Part shown: positions 10,463 to 20,827 of the stretch, one piece after another
How the letters are laid out: each line of letters opens with the position of its first letter
Position numbering within the stretch: the stretch's first letter is position 1
Assembly: GCA_965197475.1 (NCBI GenBank)
Contig: CBDANF010000003.1
Span: 2,816,001-2,880,000 of the forward strand
From: Candidatus Poribacteria bacterium
Lineage (GTDB): Bacteria > Poribacteria > WGA-4E > WGA-3G
DNA length: 64,000 bases
Reading direction: 5' to 3'
Position numbers and translations under genes: made by a program
Notes under the pieces: model-generated
What the model was told of the DNA's origin: nothing
Database searches by the model: none
The model's input: the letters and a program-made list of their open reading frames with translations, nothing else

Positions 10463-12931
10463 CTACTCAGCTTTCTTGATAGTCAGTCGGTAGTGCTGCC
10501 CAATTTTCTTGGTATCAAGAATATCATGCCCATCGTTAGCAAGGCTCTTTGGCACGTTCTCAATCGGTTCACCATCATCAATGGTGATTTCTAAGAGTTG
10601 ACCAGCCTGCATCGTTTCCAACCGGACTTTCGCTTGGACGTAGTTGAATGGGCATGCGACACCTTTTAGATCAAGACTATCAACGATTTCCTCAACGGGT
10701 TTTGTCTCCTTGACCACTTTCGGTTTCGGGGCGGGACGTGATTTGCGCGTCTTACGGAGGCTCTCTTCTTCTTCCTCCTGCTTAATGCGCATGCGTCCGT
10801 AGACATTATGCGATTCTTCAACAAAAAGGGTAGCTTCTTCCACGTGGCGGTGTGCCAATTCGTGGTCGAAAGTAGAACTATCTTCTTCTGTTGCCTTGAA
10901 TAGATGTGCACCGTATCCGACAAAGAAATTGCCGGGATCAAAAAAGCGGGTTCGGAATTCATTGATAGTCGTTGCATCGTCAATATATTGCAATCCGACA
11001 GTTGTCAAGAGACCATCAGCGGCTTTAATCATAGCATTAAATGCCTTATCTGCTGATTCTTGGAAAGTTCCATCTTCCAAACTCAAACCAGATTCATAGA
11101 TAAGCCGATCCGCTTCTTCCAACTTCATGGAGACAAGTGCGACCAACTGTCCAGCACATTCACCGACACCGGTTTTGAGTTCGTAATCTTTCGTGTCACC
11201 TGTGTCTATGTAAAATTCAGGTGCTTCCTCGTAAGAAGGAATCTTATCGTACTTGGACAAAATCGATTTAATTTCCACTTTACCGAGTCTTGCAACGTAA
11301 TCGGTGAAGGTTTCCTCATCGTTTCGCTCTTGGGTGTACCTACCTGTTAACTCCTCAATGAAAGTTGGGATGTACCTTCCGTGGATTTTTCCTGTGGCAA
11401 GTCCGTAAGAACTCGCGTTTTCAATCATATGTCCACCGAGTAGCACCAAGTAGAAGGGAGCACTGTGTCCACCGACTCGTTTTGTAGAGCCGAAGAAGCC
11501 AATATTCGCGATGTGATGCTGTCCGCAAGAGTTGGGGCATCCGCTAATCTTAATCCGAAAGTCTTTGATTTCATTCTGTACACCGGTTTCAATGAAATAG
11601 TTTCGCAGATGCGCTGCCAGACCACGGGAGGAAGATACACCCAGTTTGCAAGAGTCAGTGCCGGGGCAAGCAGTAATATCAACCATTGATTCCGCACCAG
11701 GATCACCCAAGCCGATAGTCTTTAGTTCGCGATAGAGCGCGGGTAGATCGGTCATTGTTACCCAACGAAGCACAATGTTTTGTTCCACTGTGGCACGGAT
11801 AGTGTCTTTCACATATTTGCGAGATATGTCTGCTAATGCACGTGTTTGATCGGCAGTAATATCACCGAGCGGAAGTGTGATCGTCACAAAAGCATAGCCG
11901 GGCTGCTTCTGTAACCGAATATTGGATTGATACCATTCTTCAAATCCATCAGGTTTTGAGGTGCCGTTGAGTTGTGTCGGAGACTTGAGCGGACTTTCAT
12001 TGTAGGCATCCAAGTTATTCAAATATGAAGTCCATTCTGGATCGTGTCGTAGTGTTTCGCGCTCTTCGTACACCATTTTTCGGAATTCTTCAATGCCGTA
12101 TTTAGCGATTACAAACTTCAGACGAGCCTTGTTTCTATTTCGACGTTCACCTAAACGTGTGAAGACTCTGCAAATTGATTGTGAAATTGGCAGAAGTTCC
12201 TCTGCTGAGAGGAAATCATCAAGGACCTTCGCTTGATGTGGAACTGCACCGAGTCCACCACCGACAAAGAGTTTAAAGCCGCGCTTAACTTCGCCATCAA
12301 TCTCTTTGACTGCAGCTACTGCACCGATGTCGTGCATATTTGCTAAGCCACAAGCGTGTTCTTCACAACCGGAAAATGCAATTTTGAACTTACGACCAAA
12401 ATCTTGTGCATCTGGGTGACCTAACAGGAACCCTGACAACGCCTTTGAGTAAGGTGTTACATCAAAAGTTTCATCTTGGCAAACACCGCTGATCGGGCAT
12501 GCTGTGACGTTTCGGACGACATTACCGCACGCTTCTTTTGTGGTAATGTCAACGCTTGCGAGGCGGCGCATCAACTCAGGCGTGTTGTTGATGTCAACGT
12601 AGTGGTATTGTACATCTTGACGTGTCGTAATGTGGATGATGTTATCCGAGAATTCTTCTGCCACATCTGCAAGCATTTCAAGTTGTGCTGCAGTGAGTCC
12701 TCCGAAAGGAATTTTGACACGAATCATCTGCGATCTGTCATCGCGCTGTCCGTAAACTCCGTGGCGGAGTCTAAATTCGGTAAAGAGAGACTCTTCAACT
12801 TGGCCATCTTGGACTCTACCAAGTTGTATCTCATAAATCTCAATTTCGCGGGCAACATCAGCAAGGATAGCCGATGCATCGTAAGCTCCCGCGTATTCAA
12901 TAGCCATTCTATACTCCTTATATAACCTCAT
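10463..12931 (-). CDS. Siroheme-[4Fe-4S] nitrite/sulfite reductase fused to HEPN-like and C-terminal TusA domains
   Basis: HITTRQDVQ, ACPGTDSCKLG and KISGCPNSCGQH reductase motifs. C-terminal LDLKGVACPFNYVQAK (TusA/SirA CP motif). Probable start MAIEY at ~12907. Confidence 0.88.
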   Translation of the reverse strand: MRLYKEYRMAIEYAGAYDASAILADVAREIEIYEIQLGRVQDGQVEESLFTEFRLRHGVYGQRDDRSQMIRVKIPFGGLTAAQLEMLADVAEEFSDNIIHITTRQDVQYHYVDINNTPELMRRLASVDITTKEACGNVVRNVTACPISGVCQDETFDVTPYSKALSGFLLGHPDAQDFGRKFKIAFSGCEEHACGLANMHDIGAVAAVKEIDGEVKRGFKLFVGGGLGAVPHQAKVLDDFLSAEELLPISQSICRVFTRLGERRNRNKARLKFVIAKYGIEEFRKMVYEERETLRHDPEWTSYLNNLDAYNESPLKSPTQLNGTSKPDGFEEWYQSNIRLQKQPGYAFVTITLPLGDITADQTRALADISRKYVKDTIRATVEQNIVLRWVTMTDLPALYRELKTIGLGDPGAESMVDITACPGTDSCKLGVSSSRGLAAHLRNYFIETGVQNEIKDFRIKISGCPNSCGQHHIANIGFFGSTKRVGGHSAPFYLVLLGGHMIENASSYGLATGKIHGRYIPTFIEELTGRYTQERNDEETFTDYVARLGKVEIKSILSKYDKIPSYEEAPEFYIDTGDTKDYELKTGVGECAGQLVALVSMKLEEADRLIYESGLSLEDGTFQESADKAFNAMIKAADGLLTTVGLQYIDDATTINEFRTRFFDPGNFFVGYGAHLFKATEEDSSTFDHELAHRHVEEATLFVEESHNVYGRMRIKQEEEEESLRKTRKSRPAPKPKVVKETKPVEEIVDSLDLKGVACPFNYVQAKVRLETMQAGQLLEITIDDGEPIENVPKSLANDGHDILDTKKIGQHYRLTIKKAE

Positions 12932-13085
12932 ATTTGTAGTGGATTGAATTGGTGTCCAATTGCTTCTATTATTTAGGTAAGCTTGTAAGTCAATAGCACT
13001 GCTGAGTATCGTGATGTTAGAAACCTTTTATTAAATAGTATAGTGTACACTAAAAAGTAATTAAAATCAAGAGGAATTTTACATT

Positions 13086-14180
13086 TTAATCTTTTGGCGC
13101 ATCTCCCCAATCCGGAATTGGGAGCAATTCACCATCGCGGAGAGCAGATTCATGTGCTACAAGTCCAGGTGCACAATACCGAACTGCCTCCCAAACATTG
13201 ACGCGCGGTAACCGCTGCCGATTGACTGAATCAACAAATTCGTGCACCAGATAAGCATGTGAACCACCATGTCCGCCTAAGTTATCCTTAAGTGCGTTAG
13301 GTAGGTATTCGTGCATTTGTGTAGGTTGGATGTTCTGTCTTCCTTGCTTATCTGCCCATACACTTCCTGCAAGACTCTGCTCGTAACTTCCCTCGGTACC
13401 ATAGATACCGCTGGGGCGTTCACACCCAGGGTGACCTATCCGTCTAAACTCACAGATTTGCATGGTTGCACCATTGCTCATTGTAAAGAGACCGACTTCG
13501 TTGGAAAAAGGGTTTTTGTGGATAGTGTCCAACCGATACCAGTCGTCATTTGGATAGATATACCCTTGAGCGGAAACCGAGGTTGCATGTGCGTTCATCA
13601 CAGAGATTGGAAAACAGGTTGAGTGTGTAGGGTAATACATAGGGATTCCACCTGATTTGTCACGACTCCACTGTTCACCCCATCGGTTTTTCAGTACATC
13701 GTAGAGTCCATGACTCATGTCGTGGAAATACTCAGCGCGACAGTGGACAAACTCACCAAAAGCCCCTTCTGTTGCTTTCTGACGACAGAAGGCTGTTTCG
13801 GGACGAAAATAACTTGTCTCACCGTTCATGTAGATCATCCCTGTGCGTTCAACTGTTCTGATCAATTGTTCGCATTCATCCAACGATGCTGCGGCAGGAA
13901 CAGCGGTGTAAACGTGCTTTCCTGATTCCATCGCTTGAATAGCCTGCGGTGCGTGCATCCAATGCTGCGTGATGATGACAAGCGCATCTAAATCCGATTT
14001 GCAGATGTCATCCAGGCTTGAATATGTCTCGGAAATCTCAAACTGCTTTGCCCATTTTGATAGCCTATCAGACTGTAAATCGCATAAGGCGAGCCGATGT
14101 ACGTCTGGGTGTGCTTTGTAGGATTGGATAAATGAGGGACCGAACATCCCTAAGCCTACCATCCCGATACTGATACTCAT
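13086..14180 (-). CDS. Gfo/Idh/MocA family oxidoreductase
   Basis: IGMVGLG Rossmann start, AMESGKHVY. Confidence 0.88.
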   Translation of the reverse strand: MSISIGMVGLGMFGPSFIQSYKAHPDVHRLALCDLQSDRLSKWAKQFEISETYSSLDDICKSDLDALVIITQHWMHAPQAIQAMESGKHVYTAVPAAASLDECEQLIRTVERTGMIYMNGETSYFRPETAFCRQKATEGAFGEFVHCRAEYFHDMSHGLYDVLKNRWGEQWSRDKSGGIPMYYPTHSTCFPISVMNAHATSVSAQGYIYPNDDWYRLDTIHKNPFSNEVGLFTMSNGATMQICEFRRIGHPGCERPSGIYGTEGSYEQSLAGSVWADKQGRQNIQPTQMHEYLPNALKDNLGGHGGSHAYLVHEFVDSVNRQRLPRVNVWEAVRYCAPGLVAHESALRDGELLPIPDWGDAPKD

Positions 14181-14223
14181 CTAATTGCTCCTTTAAGATG
14201 TAAGGTATGAATCTTAAATTAAT

Positions 14224-14336
14224 CAGGACTTACGCATTTCCTCTTAAAGTCCCCCTGATAAGGGGGTTAAAATACCAAAATTCTGCTTATTTAACCCCCC
14301 TAACCCCCCTTATCAAGGGGGAATGCGTAAGTCCTG
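14224..14336. mobile_element. 113-bp MITE with CAGGACTTACGCA TIRs
   Basis: TIRs CAGGACTTACGCAT / ATGCGTAAGTCCTG and 5-bp TSD TTAAT on both sides. Same TIR as the IS at 40427-41518. Confidence 0.88.
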
Positions 14337-14956
14337 TTAATGCAAAATAGCATGTATCGGAATTGATGTCAAGTAAGTTTTTGTCACAAGTTTAAAATGA
14401 AGTGGTTATCGGAAGGATCCAGTATTTTTTTATCTGAATCGCTAATTATCGCGAATTTTTTGAAAAAAGTTCGTATTTACTGTAACTTAGAGTCCAATCC
14501 AAACGTTTAGTATTGCAGTTGGGGAAATTATGCGTGTGCAACATAAAATTCTGAGGAAGTGGAAAGTTGCACCGCTGCAAACCGTATTTTTTCGCATAAG
14601 GGGATTTGACAATGAGGGACCGACATATCAAAACCATAATCCAAAAAATGACCGCGCGGGACACCTGTTACATGAGCAGGATTTGTCTATGCGGCATACG
14701 TCGGTTGGCAGATTTTAACTATAAGTTAACTACCCCCCCCCCACTTCACATTCGTTAATTTTAACCAATTTAGTTTTCAAGGTCTTATCGCAGATGTTAG
14801 CAGCTGCGATATTTTCGCGCCCGCACGCGGGCTTCGTTTCACACGGAGTGTCTCGTCGCGGGCTTTTGTTGTTGCATTGGAAAGTGTTTCAATGCTTGTC
14901 ATCCTTGTTGCGCACGTGTACTATGCACAACGATAGGATATAACAGATAGTTTTAC

Positions 14957-14985
14957 TTGACAAATTTTAATGGAGGCTATATAAT
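14957..14985 (+). promoter_or_regulatory. Consensus sigma70 promoter
   Basis: TTGACA (14957-14962), 17-bp spacer, TATAAT (14980-14985). Confidence 0.65.
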
Positions 14986-14986
14986 T

Positions 14987-15433
14987 GTGAAAACAAGATT
15001 TTTTACAGCGAATGCCGACATCGCAGCCGTGGCTGCATTCGGTGGACTCACCGCTATCTCGTACTTCGCACTCTTTTTTGAGCAGCACGGAATCCATCTG
15101 AGTATCGTTGCACTTGTTATTTCGCTTTGGGGATTCTTGTCCTTAAAACAGATGGACACACAACAGGGGACCCCGAAACCGAAAATGCAACGGAGGCGAA
15201 AGATAGGACTCACCGCGGCACTTATTGTCTGTATCGGTGGAGGACTACTGTTTGGCACAATCAAAATGATTGATGCTACACAGACAGACACAACACCCTG
15301 CCTTAAATGGACACGGAAGGACTGTCCAAAGGTGGAACAGCAACCGATTTGTCCACAACAGAAAGCACCTTGCACGCTGAACGCAGCGGCGCAAAGTGAA
15401 CAACTTTATAGTAAGGAGAATTATGATGAATAG
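14987..15433 (+). CDS. Hypothetical membrane protein
   Basis: Three hydrophobic segments and a Cys-containing tail. Start uncertain because it overlaps the promoter. Confidence 0.5.
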   Translation: MKTRFFTANADIAAVAAFGGLTAISYFALFFEQHGIHLSIVALVISLWGFLSLKQMDTQQGTPKPKMQRRRKIGLTAALIVCIGGGLLFGTIKMIDATQTDTTPCLKWTRKDCPKVEQQPICPQQKAPCTLNAAAQSEQLYSKENYDE

Positions 15434-16088
15434 GAACATATTGAGAGGAATCGTTGTCCTCATCGTCCTGCTCGGTATTGCGGGTGTGTTCTTGTTGATA
15501 GACAAAGATACCGAAACGGAAACCGTCTATAACCCGCCATCGGAAGAAGAGTGGCAAAAGATAAGGCAGGATTTGGCAGCACAGAAAGCACAAGACGCAG
15601 CCAAAGCACAGTCGCCAGAAGAAAACCGAGAAAAAGGGCATCGGCACGCAGATGGCATTTGGCACGCCGAACCGCACAAGGATCTGCCCGTTGTCCAACA
15701 CCCTTCGACTGTCTATAAACCTAACGGGAGATTCCACGATATAGACTACTCTATCTTTGAGAAACCTGAAGAACTTATCAAAAGACTCGGTGAGATACTG
15801 TTGCATCCTGAAAAGTACCCTTTTGAAGTGTTCGACAGGGCGAAACAAGAAGATATGATACTTAGTGCGAAAATCAGCAATGGCGATTATGGAGAAGACA
15901 CGTATCAAGATAAATTTGAGTATAGAGAAAAATTACGAGAACTCCGCAACAAAACATATGCAGATGCCCTGTTAGAAAAGAATGGGTTCTCACGTGAGAT
16001 GTTTCGTGCGATGATTCGTGGCGAAATTCCCCCGGCAATTGTACCTATAGACCCATCTATTCTAACAGATGATGGAGGTGATAAATAA
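15423..16088 (+). CDS. Membrane-anchored hypothetical protein with HRHADGIWHAEPH motif
   Basis: AGGAG RBS, N-terminal TM anchor and His-rich motif. Confidence 0.75.
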   Translation: MMNRNILRGIVVLIVLLGIAGVFLLIDKDTETETVYNPPSEEEWQKIRQDLAAQKAQDAAKAQSPEENREKGHRHADGIWHAEPHKDLPVVQHPSTVYKPNGRFHDIDYSIFEKPEELIKRLGEILLHPEKYPFEVFDRAKQEDMILSAKISNGDYGEDTYQDKFEYREKLRELRNKTYADALLEKNGFSREMFRAMIRGEIPPAIVPIDPSILTDDGGDK

Positions 16089-17875
16089 TGAGATACTTAC
16101 AATCTTTCATCACGGTGTTAGCGATTTTCGTTGTTGCTTCCACTTTTTTTGTTCCTGTGGATTCATCATCAAACTCACCACCAGAACCTGATGATGCCAT
16201 TATAGATAGTTTTAAGGAATGGATGGATGAATGGCGTAGGTTGAATATAGACCCCGCTGCGCGTAAGGTTCACGATGCCTATACAGCATTGTCGGGCCTT
16301 GTTGGCGATTACCAATCTGCGATAAACGGTGTTGGCGGTGTTGCGTTTTCGGCAGTTTCGGGTGCTGTTCAAGACAAATGGGTGGGACTGGTGGTGTCAG
16401 TGTATAACACAACTAAAGACCTTGCGACCGGGATTGCGAAAACACAAACGTTGCAGTCGGCTGTAGAGGAAGGGAGTAGCCACCATAGTCTGTATCTGTA
16501 TTACTATCATCAGTTGTGGAATAAGCATGGCACGGTGATACAAGGCACGGTGGCGGAACAAGTTCAGACCGAGATCAGTCAAAATGGTGGTATGTTGATT
16601 AGTGCCAATAGCCTGATGGAAGCATTCTACAAATATGAGTTTCTTGTCAGGGACTATAACGCAAAGGTAAATGCGTGGAATGCATACGCCAATCGGAAGA
16701 ATCGTGAGAATAATCATCAGTCGCCATCTCATCCACCCTGAAAGATTTATGCTAATCGATTTGTGACCGAACCGTCTCCAGCGGAGTTTATCAAGTTCTC
16801 GTGTTTTGGCGGTTGCGGGTATAAGCATGATACGCTTGATTATGCCCGAGACACGCACAAGTTAGATTGTGGTACCGCACGGAATATAGATGAGGTGAGA
16901 CGAGAAGCTGCTCTAGCGGCCGCTCACGGTAGCAATAGAGTTATTGCTACATACGTAGAAGCGACAGTAAGCACGGAACTTAGAAGCCGTGATGTTGATG
17001 ATGGCTGTGGTCGCAATTATTGGGCTTGTAATGTGGATGATAGGGAGGCACATGAGAAGCAGACCTGCACAACGAGTGGCTGTTCGGTAAAGTATCGCAA
17101 TTGTTTGTCGCATACAAAGAATCACAGTAATCATGGGACATCAGCAGCAGATGCTGGCAGTAGTACTGACACCCAACTTGCCGACAACTCACCGGATTGT
17201 GATTATTGCACAACGGGCATGTGTTCCGCGTGTCCGATAACGTATGCGTGTGGCATTCATGCTGAGGGGACTTCAGGTTATCATGTATCGTATACGTGCA
17301 ACGAGGGAGCTTGTAACAACCGCGTCTATTGGGGCTGTGTGTATGCACAGTGTCCGGAGACGAGTAGTCATGGAACAACCACGATCACCAGTGGTCCTGC
17401 CATCGGACCCTGTGGACATACCTATTGGCTAGGTTCATCCTCGGACTACGACCATAGATCAGAAACTTGGGGGTGTGGACATACGATCTATGTTTGTCAA
17501 TCCAGTTCACATGCATTGCAAGCGAGTTGTTCCATAACCAATATATGGGGGCATTCCTGCACTGTTACCAATTTCTATGCGTGTAGTTCTCATACGCACA
17601 CGTTCCCGACTTTCAGTTGTGGTCGCAGTGCCTGCACGCAGCAGGTTGCGGATCCGAATAGACATCGTATTTGGTGTATAAACGGCCACGAATATTGGTC
17701 GTGTGATACAACTGCGCTTTATTGGCACCAAACACGGGGGCCTTGTACGCGCCGTAAATTGAAGAGTCCAGGTGTGCGGGACATCTGCGGTGAGTCGTGG
17801 GCGTTGTGCGATCGGAACGGACAGAGTTGTATGGATTATTACAGGCGCATCAGATTTCATGAACCCCGTCAATAA
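16088..17875 (+). CDS. Secreted Cys/His-rich protein interrupted by one in-frame TGA (16739-16741)
   Basis: ORFs 16088-16741 and 16763-17875 share a frame with no other stop between them. Signal peptide and many CxxxxC/CGH motifs. Confidence 0.7.
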
Positions 17876-17904
17876 CACAGAACGCGAGCACACATCAATT
17901 CAAC

Positions 17905-17935
17905 AGGCAGGTACCCTTTATAGTGGTGCCTGCCT
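17905..17935 (+). terminator. Intrinsic terminator
   Basis: AGGCAGGTACC...GGTGCCTGCCT hairpin followed by a T-rich tract. Confidence 0.6.
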
Positions 17936-17962
17936 TTCCTTTTTATCAAAACCTTCCACTAA

Positions 17963-18054
17963 TACCAAATTAACCCGATTTGTAGCGCGAGGTCTCTGGG
18001 TCCTCCTCGCAATACTGACTTTATCAGAAAAATACTAATCCCGTTAATTGGGTA
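17963..18054. mobile_element. MITE-like element, family 2, copy 1
   Basis: TACCAAATTAAC...GTTAATTGGGTA ends flanked by TAA on both sides. Homologous to 55867-55954. Confidence 0.65.
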
Positions 18055-18094
18055 TAAGCTAACAAAAAAGTCAAATGCCATTTTAAGATATTTG

Positions 18095-18123
18095 TTGACA
18101 AACCACAACTAACGATATAGAAT
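18095..18123 (+). promoter_or_regulatory. sigma70 promoter
   Basis: TTGACA-N17-TAGAAT upstream of 18168. Confidence 0.6.
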
Positions 18124-18167
18124 GGTATCATTATAGACTATTTTCACCTATTGGAAGGAATTAAAAA

Positions 18168-19247
18168 ATGGCATTAAAAGTTGGCGTAGTCGGCATGAGT
18201 GGAATTGGGAATAATCATGCGAATTGCCACGCAAATAATGATTTAGCAGAACTTGTTGCAGTATGCGATATTGTAAAAGAGCGCGCGGATAACGCAGCGG
18301 AACGCCTCGGTGTGAAAGCTTACTACAGCTTGGCAGACATGATTGATGGGGAACCGGATTTGGACATCGTTGATGTCACAACCGGTGGGAATGAGAACGG
18401 TAGTTGGCACTATGAACCGACGATGGAAGCACTTGAGAATGGAAAGCACGTCCTCGTTGAAAAGCCTATTTCAAACGATATTGGACAGGCACGAGAGATG
18501 GTAGCACTTGCTACGGATATGGATCTCTACCTCGGTTGTAACTTAAATCACTACTTCACGCCACCTGCTGAACAGGCAATGAAATATATTGACAATGGAC
18601 AGATTGGGGAGATGGTCTACTGCATTCACAAGATGGGATTTGCTGGTGGAGAATTCAACTACAGTTATTCTAAAGCACCACGTTCTGACGGTTTTCCCTA
18701 TTTTCACGTGAAAGCGTTTTTGTCACATCCGTTCAGTGTGATGCGTCATTTTTGTGGGGACGTGACGCATGTGCAGGCATTTATGGAACGACCCCATTTT
18801 CGGCGTAAAGAAGGCGATCTTATGGTCTCTATTAACAGCATTCACCTCCGTTTTGAAAACGGCTGTATCGGTTATCTGCTAAGCCAACGTGGAGATGCTA
18901 CCTTTGGACTCGGTGGATGGTGGAGTGTGGAACTTGCGGGTACTCGCGGCACATTCTGTATTGAAAACTGCATTGAAAAGGTAACGTTTTGGCCCTCTCC
19001 TGGTGCACCTGAAGGCGGAGAAACCGTTGTCACTGAATCTGGTATCAGTGACTTTGGGCAGACCTTCCCGTTAAGAATTCATGCGTTCTTAGAGGACATC
19101 ACAAACGGCGTGCCGAAAGAAAAAATCCGTGCCTCTGGTAGAGATGCACTCGCTGCATTGGAATATACTTGGGCAGCGATGGAATCTTATGAACAGGGTG
19201 GTATCTTAGTACGTCCGCATCCGCTTCCGACGCTAAGTGGACTGTAA
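18168..19247 (+). CDS. Gfo/Idh/MocA family oxidoreductase
   Basis: VGVVGMSGIG and GKHVLVEKP. Confidence 0.9.
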   Translation: MALKVGVVGMSGIGNNHANCHANNDLAELVAVCDIVKERADNAAERLGVKAYYSLADMIDGEPDLDIVDVTTGGNENGSWHYEPTMEALENGKHVLVEKPISNDIGQAREMVALATDMDLYLGCNLNHYFTPPAEQAMKYIDNGQIGEMVYCIHKMGFAGGEFNYSYSKAPRSDGFPYFHVKAFLSHPFSVMRHFCGDVTHVQAFMERPHFRRKEGDLMVSINSIHLRFENGCIGYLLSQRGDATFGLGGWWSVELAGTRGTFCIENCIEKVTFWPSPGAPEGGETVVTESGISDFGQTFPLRIHAFLEDITNGVPKEKIRASGRDALAALEYTWAAMESYEQGGILVRPHPLPTLSGL

Positions 19248-19317
19248 GGTAAACAGACAGGTAGAAACTCATGTTCACGAGAATCATCTCACGACTTTAT
19301 AGAAGGAGAAACCACAC

Positions 19318-20115
19318 TTGAAATTAGGAGCAAATTCGGTGCTTTTTGGCGGTTACGATATGGAAACTGCCTTTAAGCACATCGCCATGGCTGGCTATGA
19401 TGGCATTGAGCTTTCTGCGATTGACGGAATGAGCCAGCACCTCGTCCTCGCAAACTGGCAGGAACTCGCTGATGACATCAAACGTCTCTCAAAAGAATAT
19501 AACCTTGAGTTGTTAGCGATGGAACAACCCTCACGCGATCCCGAAAGGATGGAGTTAGCATTTCAGGCTGCTGCTGAGATAGGTATTCCAATTGTTAACT
19601 GCGGTCCTGGCGGTTCGTCAGACGATGAATCTGCTTGGTCCGGGGTTATTGATTCTCTGGGTAACCTCTCGGCGCGGGCAGAACACTATGGTGTAACGCT
19701 ATGTGTCAAGGCACATGTCGGTGCGAGCATCTATAATACACCAACAACCCTTCGCGCTATGGAAGAGATTTCATCACCTGCATTTGGTATAGACATGGAT
19801 CCGTCGCATATTCATCGCGCGGATGAAAATCCTGTGGAAGCGATTGCTGCCGTTGTCTCACGCGTGAAACACGTGCATATCCGAGATTGCAAGGGGACCC
19901 AACGCGGTCCTGGTGCCCCAGAATTGCAAGCAAACGGACGCGGAGATATAGACTTGGTCGGTTACATCCGTGTTCTGCATGAAAATGGGTATACGGGACC
20001 CCTGAACCTTGAAGTTATCGGTGCAAAAGAGTATAGTTTAGAGCAGTGTTGCACGATCGCGGCAGAATCGCGTGGACACATGCAAGCGTGTTTGCAGGCG
20101 TGTGGTGCGCGTTAG
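19318..20115 (+). CDS. Sugar phosphate isomerase/epimerase (xylose-isomerase-like TIM barrel)
   Basis: GYDGIEL, DMDPSH, HVHIRD and GYTGPLNLEV. Confidence 0.85.
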   Translation: MKLGANSVLFGGYDMETAFKHIAMAGYDGIELSAIDGMSQHLVLANWQELADDIKRLSKEYNLELLAMEQPSRDPERMELAFQAAAEIGIPIVNCGPGGSSDDESAWSGVIDSLGNLSARAEHYGVTLCVKAHVGASIYNTPTTLRAMEEISSPAFGIDMDPSHIHRADENPVEAIAAVVSRVKHVHIRDCKGTQRGPGAPELQANGRGDIDLVGYIRVLHENGYTGPLNLEVIGAKEYSLEQCCTIAAESRGHMQACLQACGAR

Positions 20116-20180
20116 GTCCTAAATCCAGTAAGTAGGTTAATAACCTGCCTATTCAACTTTAGCTATATGAGGAACCCATT

Positions 20181-20717
20181 ATGAAACAGAATCCGCTTAT
20201 ACTCCCATTAGTAGGTGGAGGCGTTGCCCTTCTCTGCTTCTTTTTGCCGTGGATAAAAATTGATATGTCATCCCTTGATATAAACAGGTTTGTCGGGGGA
20301 CTTCCAGAAGTAGAAAACACTGGCACAATTTCAGGTTTTATGTTTGCATTGGGTGGGGATGCCTTTATGACACTTTCCTTCCTCGCCACATTGGTTATTC
20401 TTGGTGTCTGCATTTACATGTTGTACGCAAAAACACCTTGGAAATCCAGAATCCCGGTGCTTATTAGTAGTGGCTTTGGGTTTTTATGCGTTTCTATCGG
20501 GCTTTTTTTGTTCATCTTATCAGATAATATCGGACAGCTTAGAATGTTGGATATGGCGAAGTCTATTAATATTGAAGCGGATGTCGAAAAATTTGTCAGT
20601 GCCCAATTCTGGTGGTTTGCTGTAGCCATTGGATTTTTTGTTGCGCTTATCGGGGCATGGAACATTCCAAAATCGGACATTTCTATGGAAGATAACCACC
20701 AAGAGGTTATCCCATAG
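20181..20717 (+). CDS. Membrane protein, F(F/L)LPW paralog 1
   Basis: GGGVALLCFFLPW N-terminus, 4 TM. Confidence 0.75.
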   Translation: MKQNPLILPLVGGGVALLCFFLPWIKIDMSSLDINRFVGGLPEVENTGTISGFMFALGGDAFMTLSFLATLVILGVCIYMLYAKTPWKSRIPVLISSGFGFLCVSIGLFLFILSDNIGQLRMLDMAKSINIEADVEKFVSAQFWWFAVAIGFFVALIGAWNIPKSDISMEDNHQEVIP

Positions 20718-20746
20718 TTAGACTAATTCAATAGATTTTACTTAAG

Positions 20747-20824
20747 ATGAGACAATACGCGCAGTATTTTATGTTTGCAGGTGGAATTTTAACCACTCTC
20801 TGTTTCTTTATGCCATGGAGATGA
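20747..20824 (+). pseudogene. 25-codon remnant of another LPW paralog (MRQYAQYFMFAGGILTTLCFFMPWR)
   Basis: Same N-terminal motif as its neighbours, then a stop codon. Confidence 0.6.
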
Positions 20825-20827
20825 AGA

